In this document: one piece after another, positions 59,601-64,000 of the stretch
Numbering within the stretch: the first letter of the stretch is position 1
Layout: each line of letters begins with the position of its first letter
IMG/VR virus record: IMGVR_UViG_3300035135_002447
DNA from: an uncultured virus (IMG/VR IMGVR_UViG_3300035135_002447)
Lineage: Duplodnaviria > Heunggongvirae > Uroviricota > Caudoviricetes
Direction: 5' to 3' (one strand)
Length of the DNA stretch: 64,000 nt
Notes under the pieces: model-generated
What the model was told of the DNA's origin: nothing
Seen by the model: only the letters and a program-made list of their open reading frames with translations
Database searches by the model: none
Translations under genes and position numbers: made by a program

Positions 59601-60767
59601 GGTGATACAATCGAACTTATTAATTTCAGTAATGAAATAATTAACACAAAATATGCTTGGCGTCAATTTAAAGATATAATGAATAAAAACATCTATTACA
59701 GATTATCTAATGATAAAAAAGGAAAATTAGCAAAAGATCTAAATTGGTATGATAGAAGCATAGAGTTAGTAGATGCAGATAACATGCCAACACCGTCACC
59801 TAAAGAACCTGGAGTTATCTTTATTCAAGGTGAAAGATTAGAGTATTTACAAAAAGATGGAAATATTCTAAAACAATTACGCAGAGGAACTGCAGGTACA
59901 GGAATAAAAAATATTTACTCTGCAGGTACTGAATTGTTTAACCAAAATAAAGATAGCATTGTTCCTTACAAAGATAAAGAAGATAGATTTGTTGCTAAGG
60001 CAGGTACATATGTGTCTATGAAAAACTTCTATCCTGAAGATAGTAATTTGATAACATTTACAGGAATAACATATGACTTTAACAATAACACAGTATTTCC
60101 ATTAGGAACGCAAGTTGCAACAGTAACGGGAACAGGCTTTAGAGAAAGTGTTGTCATAGCTATGCAAAACGAAAATGGCGAAGTTCAACTTCTTGATACA
60201 ACATATGTAAGTCCTACAGAATTAACTTTTACAACAGTAGCAATGCCAGTTGGTGCATACGACATGGTCATATTAAATCAGAGAGAAACTACTCCAATTA
60301 ACAGAGAACCTACAAGTATTGTAGTAGAAAAAATATTACCATATGTTCAGGTGTTAATTCCTTTTGAGCCTGAAGCATTTACAGATGTTGTAAAAAATCC
60401 AGTGCAAACCGGAGAATGGTATAAAGAACCTTTTGATCAAGGAGGCATTCCGCAAGATTATTGGGAGGCTCTTGATATTGAAGTTTTCTCAAACGGAAGA
60501 CGTCTTCGCAAAAGCCCACTAACAGTATACGATCAAACTTTAGGACAGTCAAGTCCTGCAGGAGATAAACAGATTGAAGCAGAATATGCTGTAAATCAAA
60601 ATGAAGGAGCATATGTAAGATTAACTACTCCTCCTGAATCAGAATCTTTGTTAGTTATTGTTAGAAAACAAGGAGAAATATGGAACAATGTTGGCGAACC
60701 TTTAGCAAAATCTAGCACTCAAGTTGCTTCGTTCTTGCGTGGAAAGCCAATTGATTTGCCGCGATAA
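44676..60767 (+). CDS. Giant baseplate wedge/structural protein (gp7-like position), 5363 aa
   Basis: Overlaps the gp6 stop; HLPKYFRT N-terminus; VKPYKSTIRE motif; FG-GAP-like, CBM-like and GxGY repeats. Confidence 0.75.
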   Translation: MADQNEFPLDGETPESRKSARHLPKYFRTEKNKKFLQATLDQMLQPGVTEKINSFVGRKTAKAYDSTTDNYLRDVSVDRETYQLEPVSYIKDNLDNILYYTDYRDYYNQIKNLGGVNSNHSVNSQQEFYSWDPHVDWDKLTNFREYYWLPNGPETVVIPGDQKEITSTFSLDLQEAAGDFSYVFTPDGLTPNPVLKLYRGVKYRIDVNADGLPITFRTARDLDPAFLIEEITTGIEQGVLEFTLAPDIPDEIFYVASNNINVGGIIKVANQEESTFIDVEAEIIGKKFYTTRDNWSLTNGLKVRFSGDVQPAKYQNSEWYVEGVGKRIQLVSESDVEISFPVGIDKTMSFDEGGFDRNPFGSATGFPEDKDYITINRASSDGNFWSRYNRWFHKDVIELSSQINGTVLEIDQTGRANRPIIEFDSGLKLYNFGTKNKRVVDLIDDFTEDAFSTIEGSLGYNVDGVQLQSGQRVLFLNDKDPLVKGKIFEVDFINFKGSGTTGQITLKETADSNPIVGENVLVVNGDTQGGKLYYYNGTEWVIAQTKSSVNQAPVFDVFDENGNSYSDPAIYPANNFRGTKIFSFAVGTGSNDSVLGFPLKYKSIENVGDIVFDFNFTKDEIHYQIDDIEYAKSVNSGFLRQYENLGNQYQDLGVYIKANDLSKQYVILQYTNDNTITKFPIDCYSQSGRLNNIEVKVFVNNVLKYENVDYTFSTNGSNIKEVEFTYTLPENANIVLKTYCNEPKIDGKGYYEVPHNLERNPLNNNIESFTLGEVTDHVASIIENTSDFTGIFPGPSNMRDIDQLSKNGTKFVMHSMPLNLPMYSLVDKETSLPNSIRYSKREYSKFKRQFIETIDTLGFEGPVKQHVDEILKSINKDKNKSMPFYFSDMIPYGASFTTNITIEDQDAEFYSLNTPFQLNNLSSRAVTIYLNGVQLTHEKDYIFNDEGYVKITANKQFGDVLQINEYESTNGSYIPATPTKLGLYPAYEPKFYTDTSYTSKPNIIIGHDGSKILAYNDFRDDLILELERRIYNNIKVKYNKDLFNIHDYIPGIGRTTGFSRADVYKPMVTDFLQWIGIINEDYTEHKYFVENDSFTYNYSGMLDKNGEVLPGFWKGIYQHYYDTETPQLTPWEMLGFSVQPTWWETTYGPAPYTKNNAILWEDLEKGIIREPGVPYKIEKKYARPNLTKFIPVDSFGNLLAPSNCNITQGFDDYAIDALFKFGDCGPVESAWKNSSEYAFAILASWAINNPARLLATGFDRSRQIRNQLGNIVYTPNNSFFRLEDIVVPNTIEDSQRVYTSGIINYIADYLTSNITTRIKSYESSLKNIKNSLGFRLAGFTDKDKFKLILDSRTPLNKGNVFIPEENYQISLNTSTAVNVLSYSGVIIEKLSSGYSIRGYDKESPEFNYYEYLENNKDISVNIGGVAEPFLNYTEGQKYIKDNIVEFSDNYYRVGETFTSTGFALDKDKLFPLAKLPVNGGTTALFRNKFDKSEVKTLSYGSILPDVQAVADFLLGYAEYLKDIGFVFDNFDTENEIIVDWKTSTKEFMFWSLQNWQSGSLIALSPAADVLKINTNYACVDNVYNNFYNYSILKADGRKITNEDLSISRTNKNEFRIETRNNVGLYSIKIPLVQKEHVVLIDNLSVFGDVIYEPATGYRQDRIKVFGYRSTEWDGTFNIPGFIYTQSNATEWEQWKDYFLGEIVKFKEFYYVANSKVSGKATFDFSDWTRLTQTPESGLLTNFEYKTNQFADYYDLDTDNFDIEQQKFAQHLIGYQNRQYLENIINDDVSQYKFYQGMIQEKGSKNALNKLFDVLSSADKESLEFFEEWAIKQGQYGASESFDEIELELDELKYMSEPQAFKLGNSDVLDSSIYGVKNHEVYRKPKNYTGNPFPTLNNDVNYLRSAGYVNLEDVKISVDNYYDITNLDITSLSKDDYVWVGFRNFDWDVLRYDITGSKITNIKTASSDLDIGEQSAVLEVTCTDSVTDVSVGDIIGIDTVTQELPLADDSSYPISQQVTINTADGFWKVIQKDNNKLFLESNRAIEEISNCDGLIKKFVSVRAKDFLEANKITQSELALKTSIWIDNNNDYKVLKNNNPYNLLSTLENVETETDQEFGFSITTDNDNRNLIVSNPSSGIDGKVFLFSRGSDNTDLLYSQVIEPSRFTASDNKRFGEGLALTRDGKYLIVGAPGASNVRSRFLGNYDPTADYQNGDIIQYADQLWEVLVDIIGARESQEFTSFGSIIEVLQKNNILAFEETFNNLLMGNYPFEGEDLEEGVDHILVRAPADQYVATGPGDVVYLDWYLTSTVNQFDPLTPRQPFNGQNPGFTESTLEGGLPIVRKVDAVIYIDSVFTIPEVGAQIDFTGTDGGEAFGYVAYYYYKDGKATIYVENKSGTIPRSGSCVLETGQSVGSYNLVAPRESLDTTDDLGGFWQFNIPNTQVVENEDQGRQLAVYNIVPAGQANSNSAGSNIWDLNNTNATIGANAVNSFYSILTYQGVPGPAGATGIQKSNKFVVRAPKTLTDILTVGETVNLEFLKFRQIDPNNPGSQVNNDPYVDVEETGLFYSELNKGHTLVDLWDGYIEFSLDATDSVSGRPFEPKVGQLLEEVNGTGATAQVAFWQKYNNAYGRAYLKNVNGTWGIGNDGRSVRWLAIPDDPDPNYRGPLELGPILEVSLGSQNYDPTLNIGKLCVFEADREIFNVEIDVEVVPPVTQIVGSEYLVYKDSTLFGIPTQPNIPSANNFNYKQVFKIPVDLDGPEIALNNFGYFTIYQRRNIGNLVEIGSFLVPDRIDGLRIGSNVKFAQNGDFYKAFIGCEGNGTINNPGKIYFINKGTDEEGIEYDWELARDKRYKGVFASDRPYFVGDLIFYEGYFYRSLTNVAGDGTDFIPTEWEVSTNDEVRSIDYLGYVPNSTGYVPEDFDYKGLYDSSQNYIADNIVQYLDGNFYKALRPIPRLYTGFVDVNGTIEYPELDWEQINFIPGGDSSLALDQKNLIKFARDFDVSDNAEVLIATADYGNTAILNATLNAGQIAQVEITNGGRGYRTAPKVTVLRKGVTHIDYTDAEVSVTIDANGTINSVSIDNAGSDYTDLELVVEPVEVKTKVVIYRNTNGNYLKTQELVSTEAGIDFGYAISISQDGKSIAVGAPNGDTDFGEERGCVYVYKQINGVFELSQKLQSTNPIRGEGFGYNIDFDGQTLYVTASNGNSDDFSIFDKGTTTFDKGFTYFKNYIGQNGVVYAYDNINDTFVFGQTIDYHTYLDRDNINEADYFGRQIVGSNNHLFVVMQNYVTASNKKGMLLDYRRNKSQRLFDTAREKTPTVDLSRIKQVMLYDKEKNVIVNNLDYIDPNQGKIAGIAEQEIRYKSPIDPAMYTNGTVNQSINNNWGQEHVGEVWWDLTNAKFLDVYQGNLIYKTNNFNQLAPGGAINVYEWVESEYSPEQYDELSNSADGDVLGISGNTKYGASVYSVRRYFDSVSQTFTTKYYYWVENKITIPNNTYRTTSIATVKSLIEDPVGQKYKFIALFDDSSFAVYNCQNIINDKDIILNIQYWLNSNTKQNIHNQYKIMTEGFASSSAGADIEAKWYDSLIGYDIKTRSVPDLRLSPKDRYGIFNNPRQSMFVNRTEALKQVVERVNNIFSENLITQEKNISKLQTNEPKPSLVSGEYDFVVNGAVDLEFVNVVQVRQPILNPIVEEGKIVRVDIVDAGRGYQVSPTYTIQGQGSDAEISIELDSLGSISNVSIINGGYNYNESTTIEIRKFSVLVDADEQINGRWAIYERNNNQWQRIKSQSYNTTLFWDYVDWYAAGYSEFTEVSFIVDYSYSLQGLNDSIGDVVKVLDISGSGWLLLEKVDNQDTIDYTVNYKTIGKQNGTIKLKDSLYDTMNNRLGFDTQSFDTSFFDIQPIQETRFILEALRDDILVDNLADEYNKLFFSSLKYVFAEQGYVDWAFKTSFVKAIHNVGELKQTATFKNDNLESYEEYIKEVKPYKSTIREYVSSYEKTDQSSSVISDFDSPPRFNSETGTISANDSKVVNGILRVGTIESTLNTLDKYWLENSTYSVTEIRIADAGSGYLEAPKIIIDDDTTALASLGPGGKISKVKVVSTKQKYYIAPTVVIQGTLAEDGREARLSAILGSNTVRNFHTIMKFDRTSGNYYIMQLNETETFTGSGSKTEFDLKWPIDLRTNTIEVFVGGELILNSGYNVENLTHTVNNATEQYGHIEFVDPPADGREIIINYRKAVELLSASDRINFFYNPTSGQYGKDLSQLMDGVDYGGVEVKSFEFGAPPGWDTDQWYQGAWDVFDEGFDDESFVHDGSTYSFQLAKPLQASTTYNVYVNNLRIDDAEWDGSTTVLANKNAIMAPIVGDGVTDTFTIDNVIGFEEFLENNNLTAGQGAMTSDIVITLRRSASDGSLEVDQTSYDTNISGGDLAYSTAKGINAEEIIIDGDGFVTPITSKGPEEVVPGHIADTLDITVYERPTGGASYIETVSYKGDGSSTEFDLRNRPYSEEAVIVRVDGSFLRGQDVYRIDYKNSKIVFYNAPAQDSDIVLTTLGVSGSNLLDYGEFHTDGSTQEFLTNVNWVENIQAYVTIDGKDAKYELLESDDTYAITGKALIKLTTPVPQDQIIQFAMFDSPVNVYSKIKIDEFNGDGSTLGFTLSQAPFNQQPASYYTMVTVNDDVLNAGYVETFTVQDGADFSLDFKLKLWQVPIGSIQANSIEVFLNGRQLEYLQEFSWLGSGANNPNIPVDDQLGSTLSINPGIANPGDEIKVYIVSDGDYRFGYFDADDVFVNTSGRTQAASLVAVVENGEITAVDIVNPGLGYSDGAEIFVAGNGNGASLFAVVNDIGQIIDVTISDAGSDYDSLTTLSIETPTSTSVIYFDKVYTENDKIRVYQFSNHDSLEIERENYTVLEKTKMTVGTEGYYDFRILKNSRIELQSTATSVDYVWIVKNNKLLVPTADYILLENRRYIELIDKLEDGDTIELINFSNEIINTKYAWRQFKDIMNKNIYYRLSNDKKGKLAKDLNWYDRSIELVDADNMPTPSPKEPGVIFIQGERLEYLQKDGNILKQLRRGTAGTGIKNIYSAGTELFNQNKDSIVPYKDKEDRFVAKAGTYVSMKNFYPEDSNLITFTGITYDFNNNTVFPLGTQVATVTGTGFRESVVIAMQNENGEVQLLDTTYVSPTELTFTTVAMPVGAYDMVILNQRETTPINREPTSIVVEKILPYVQVLIPFEPEAFTDVVKNPVQTGEWYKEPFDQGGIPQDYWEALDIEVFSNGRRLRKSPLTVYDQTLGQSSPAGDKQIEAEYAVNQNEGAYVRLTTPPESESLLVIVRKQGEIWNNVGEPLAKSSTQVASFLRGKPIDLPR

Positions 60768-60770
60768 ATA
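60765..60770 (+). promoter_or_regulatory. Late promoter box (TAAATA) overlapping the upstream stop codon
   Basis: gaTAAATAca upstream of the AGGA SD. Confidence 0.65.
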
Positions 60771-60789
60771 CATTGACAGGATATAAAAA

Positions 60790-61404
60790 ATGATAGATAA
60801 TTTACATGATACACAGGGCTTGTTGCTACAAGGTCATATTAAAATACACGATCCAGAGTCTGGAGAAATTATTGTCAACAAAAGAAATGCTATTCATTAT
60901 GAAAATATAAGTGTAGCATTAGCTGAAAGTTTAAGTAATGCTGGACAAAGTTGGATACACGAAATGAGTTTCGGAAATGGCGGAACTAGTGTTGATCCTA
61001 CTGGAATAATTACATATCTTACACCTAACAGTACAGGTGTAAATGCAAGTTTATACAATCAAACATTTACAAAAGTTGTAGATGACAGAAGCGTAAACAA
61101 TCTAGATCCTGTCAGAAATAAGATTGAAACACGTCATGTAAGCGGCACTAATTATACAGACATTGTTGTAAGTTGTTTGTTAGATTACGGCGAACCAGAC
61201 GGACAAGACGCTTTTGATACAGCAACTAACGCACAAAACTTATACGTTTTTGATGAATTAGGTCTAAGAGCTTATGATCCAAATGGTACGGGAAAATTAT
61301 TGACACATGTTATTTTCCATCCTGTACAAAAGTCATTAAACAGACTTATACAAATCGATTATACTGTAAGAATTCAAAGTTTAACAGGTTTTAACGAGGG
61401 ATAA
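60790..61404 (+). CDS. Baseplate structural protein
   Basis: GHIKIHD...NAIH, FDELGL and LLTHVIFHPVQKSLNRLIQIDYT motifs. Confidence 0.7.
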   Translation: MIDNLHDTQGLLLQGHIKIHDPESGEIIVNKRNAIHYENISVALAESLSNAGQSWIHEMSFGNGGTSVDPTGIITYLTPNSTGVNASLYNQTFTKVVDDRSVNNLDPVRNKIETRHVSGTNYTDIVVSCLLDYGEPDGQDAFDTATNAQNLYVFDELGLRAYDPNGTGKLLTHVIFHPVQKSLNRLIQIDYTVRIQSLTGFNEG

Positions 61405-61407
61405 TAA

Positions 61408-63525
61408 ATGGCTTATACAATAAATTTTAGAGAAACTAACAACGTTGCTAAACCTGCAATTACAGTTGAAGACGGAACAATTAATGCAACAACTGGATTA
61501 AACTTTCCTGGACGTAATTCAACAGCATATGGTGCTGTTATTGCAGAAAATTTTCTAAGATTGTTGGAAAACTTTGCAGGTAATACTGCACCTGATAAAC
61601 CTGTAGAAGGGCAGATATGGTATGACAACACCTTAGGTGAAGAAAAAGTTATGACATACAATGGTACCAACTGGATACCTGCTGGTGGCATAACAAGATC
61701 TAACTCTGCTCCTGCGTTTGCTCAAATTGGAGATTTATGGGTTGATAAAGATAATCAGCAGTTATATTTGTTTACAGGCGGCGGCTGGATTTTAGTTGGT
61801 CCTACTTTTAGTGAAGGACTTGCAACCGGTGCTCGTGCAGATCAAATTGTAGGTCAAGATAACAATTTATACAATATATTAAGAATAGAAGTTAATGGAG
61901 TTACAGTTGGTATTGTATCAGGTAATGATGTACCATTTACACCTAAATCTACTATTGCAGGATTTGGTGTAATTCAACCAGGTTTTAATGTAATTAATAG
62001 AGATATTGATGCAGACGGATTAAGTAATTTTAAATTTTTTGGTACAGCAGAAAAAGCAGAAAGTTTAATTGTAAATAATGAAGTTGTCGCAGCAGGAGAT
62101 TTTTTAAGAGGCGATGTTACTTCAACGACAACTAATCCAATAAACGTTCAAAATAACCAAGGTATTTCCTATGGTATTAATGGTGAATTAACAGTTGGCG
62201 TTGAAGGACAAGCAGGAATTATTCAACAAAATATCGGTGGCGCGAACATTGATATGAGAGTAAGAAATAACAACATTACTAGAACTGTTGTAAGAGTAGA
62301 TTCAAATTTACGTGTAGGAATAAACACAGAAGCGCCAGACGAAGCATTAGATGTTGTAGGTAATATACAAGCAAGTGGAAACTTAATTGTAAATTCAACG
62401 ACAGATAGCACAAGTATTAACAACGGAGCGGCTATAGTAAGAGGCGGCGCCGCAGTAAAACTAAACCTAAATGTAGGAGGAGAAACTTCATTAGGTGGTC
62501 TTACTACAACAAAAGATATTGTTCCTGATAGTGCTCTTGCAAGAGATATAGGTTCTTCTACAGTTAGGTACAACAATATATATGCTAGTACATTAATAGG
62601 TAATGTTGTAGGAAATGTTCAAGGTACTATAACAGGACAAAGTTCTGAAAGTAATAAACTTACTTCTAGAACAACCTTTATTATGGAAGGTGATGTAACA
62701 ACAGTTGTTCCTGTAGAATTTGACGGACAATTCCAAGACAGCCAATTTGATAACGGCTCAACTATAGACCCTGTAACAGGTGTAGAAACACAATTACCGA
62801 CTGGTGAACAACCTCTACAGAAAAAGTTTAGAACAGAAATTTCCAACTCATTTGTTAATAAAAAACCTATTATAACTGACGTAGAAGATGATGATTTGTT
62901 ATTAATAGATGATGTTGAAGGAGATTCTCCCGGACTAAAAGCAGTAACTAAAGAAAACTTACTTAAAACAATTCCTACTTTACCTGCAGGTGTTTTAATG
63001 CCTTACGGTGGATCAACAGCACCTTTAGGTTGGTATATTTGTGATGGTAGAGAGTTAGAAATTAACGATGGTACTAGAGCTTTATTTGAAGCTATAAGAT
63101 TTAACTTTGGTGCAGAGTCGGAAGTTACAAATGGATTTTTTAGGCTTCCGGATTTAAGAGGTAGGATGCCATTAGGTGCAGATAATATGGGTACGCAAGG
63201 ATCCGGCGGTGTAATTACAGAATCGTATGGTTCAGTAATTGGCGCTACAGGTGGTGCTGAAGAAAAATTAATTGATATTTCTAACCTACCGGAGCACAAG
63301 CACACATTAAAAGATACAAGTAATAACCAATACTATGTTTATCAAGATAGACAAGATCCAACCACTGATCCAACAGCTGAAGTTCAAGGTGGATTGCTTA
63401 CAAGTAATAATGCTCAAAGAATACCAAATAGTGGCGGAGTGTTGTCTAATCAGTTAGGCCAAGAATTTAATGTTATGCCACCGACTATGACAATGAATTA
63501 TATTATCTATGGAGGCAGGCTATGA
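61408..63525 (+). CDS. Baseplate/short tail fibre protein with a tail-collar domain
   Basis: ENFLRLLENFA...GQIWYD N-terminus; PAGVLMPYGGSTAPLGWYICDG...FRLPDLRGRMPLG collar; NVMPPTMTMNYII end. Confidence 0.8.
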   Translation: MAYTINFRETNNVAKPAITVEDGTINATTGLNFPGRNSTAYGAVIAENFLRLLENFAGNTAPDKPVEGQIWYDNTLGEEKVMTYNGTNWIPAGGITRSNSAPAFAQIGDLWVDKDNQQLYLFTGGGWILVGPTFSEGLATGARADQIVGQDNNLYNILRIEVNGVTVGIVSGNDVPFTPKSTIAGFGVIQPGFNVINRDIDADGLSNFKFFGTAEKAESLIVNNEVVAAGDFLRGDVTSTTTNPINVQNNQGISYGINGELTVGVEGQAGIIQQNIGGANIDMRVRNNNITRTVVRVDSNLRVGINTEAPDEALDVVGNIQASGNLIVNSTTDSTSINNGAAIVRGGAAVKLNLNVGGETSLGGLTTTKDIVPDSALARDIGSSTVRYNNIYASTLIGNVVGNVQGTITGQSSESNKLTSRTTFIMEGDVTTVVPVEFDGQFQDSQFDNGSTIDPVTGVETQLPTGEQPLQKKFRTEISNSFVNKKPIITDVEDDDLLLIDDVEGDSPGLKAVTKENLLKTIPTLPAGVLMPYGGSTAPLGWYICDGRELEINDGTRALFEAIRFNFGAESEVTNGFFRLPDLRGRMPLGADNMGTQGSGGVITESYGSVIGATGGAEEKLIDISNLPEHKHTLKDTSNNQYYVYQDRQDPTTDPTAEVQGGLLTSNNAQRIPNSGGVLSNQLGQEFNVMPPTMTMNYIIYGGRL

Positions 63526-64000
63526 GTTATAAAATTAATAAGACTAATGGCGAGTTACTTGTCGAACTTATTGACGGCGAAGTTGATAATACAAGTTCTG
63601 ACTTAACATTAATAGGAAGAAACTACAAAGGTTTTGGTGAATTTATAAATGAAAATAATATTAAATTATTAGAAAACTTTGCATCAACAAGTGCTCCTGG
63701 ATCACCTTTAATTGGACAATTATGGTATGATACAGCAGAAGAAAGATTAAAAATTTATACAGGTGATACATTTAGATCAGCATCTGGAGCAGTAGTTAGT
63801 CAAACACAACCTAATCTTGTTACAGGTGATATTTGGGTAGATAGTCTTAATAATCAAATGTATTTTTATGATGGTGCTGATATTCAATTAGTTGGTCCTT
63901 CATACAATGCAACTCAAAAGAAAACAGGCTTAGAAGCACAAACTATTGTTGATGATAACGGTTCAGACCAAACAGTAATTTATTTGTATGTTGGTGGTAT
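63522..64000 (+). CDS. Paralogous baseplate/fibre protein, truncated by the window end
   Basis: ATGA overlap; MSYKINKTNGELLVELIDGEVDNTSSDLTLIGRNYKGFGEFINENNIKLLENFA...GQLWYD. Confidence 0.8.
   Translation, partial: MSYKINKTNGELLVELIDGEVDNTSSDLTLIGRNYKGFGEFINENNIKLLENFASTSAPGSPLIGQLWYDTAEERLKIYTGDTFRSASGAVVSQTQPNLVTGDIWVDSLNNQMYFYDGADIQLVGPSYNATQKKTGLEAQTIVDDNGSDQTVIYLYVGG

Noticed and set aside
44684..63305. Short minus-strand ORFs inside baseplate genes
   Set aside because: They are antisense shadows without independent evidence.
1..64000. Alternative genetic code or introns/inteins in core genes
   Set aside because: Core genes translate full length in the standard code, and gp20, gp23, gp46, gp47 and gp55 show no obvious intervening sequences.

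Overview
This is an AT-rich segment of a large T4-like (myovirus) phage genome, probably aquatic or marine, covering most of the virion morphogenesis region. The minus strand carries fibre-like structural paralogues (1-17.9 kb), the head module (gp23, gp22-like, gp21, acidic core protein, portal gp20), a tape-measure-like gene, and a gp55/gp47/gp46/GIY-YIG block. The plus strand carries gp26 and the baseplate module (gp48/54-like, gp53, hub, gp5-like spike, gp25, gp6, a 5363-aa wedge protein, collar-domain fibres). TAAATA late-promoter boxes precede most structural units. The most interesting signals are absent from the ORF track. (1) A ~570-bp cassette at 18.05-18.62 kb reads late promoter -> glutamine (glnA-type) riboswitch -> 28-aa basic peptide -> pqqA (PQQ precursor peptide) -> ~190-nt candidate ncRNA -> terminator. 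(2) A ~370-nt heavily base-paired candidate ncRNA starts right after a minimal GIY-YIG gene. (3) A probable -1 frameshift (A AAT TTT TTC) fuses gp26 to a start-less downstream ORF beside the tape-measure gene. (4) Two late structural genes have structured 5' leaders. All assignments come from reading the sequence and recalling family motifs; no searches or folding programs were run.
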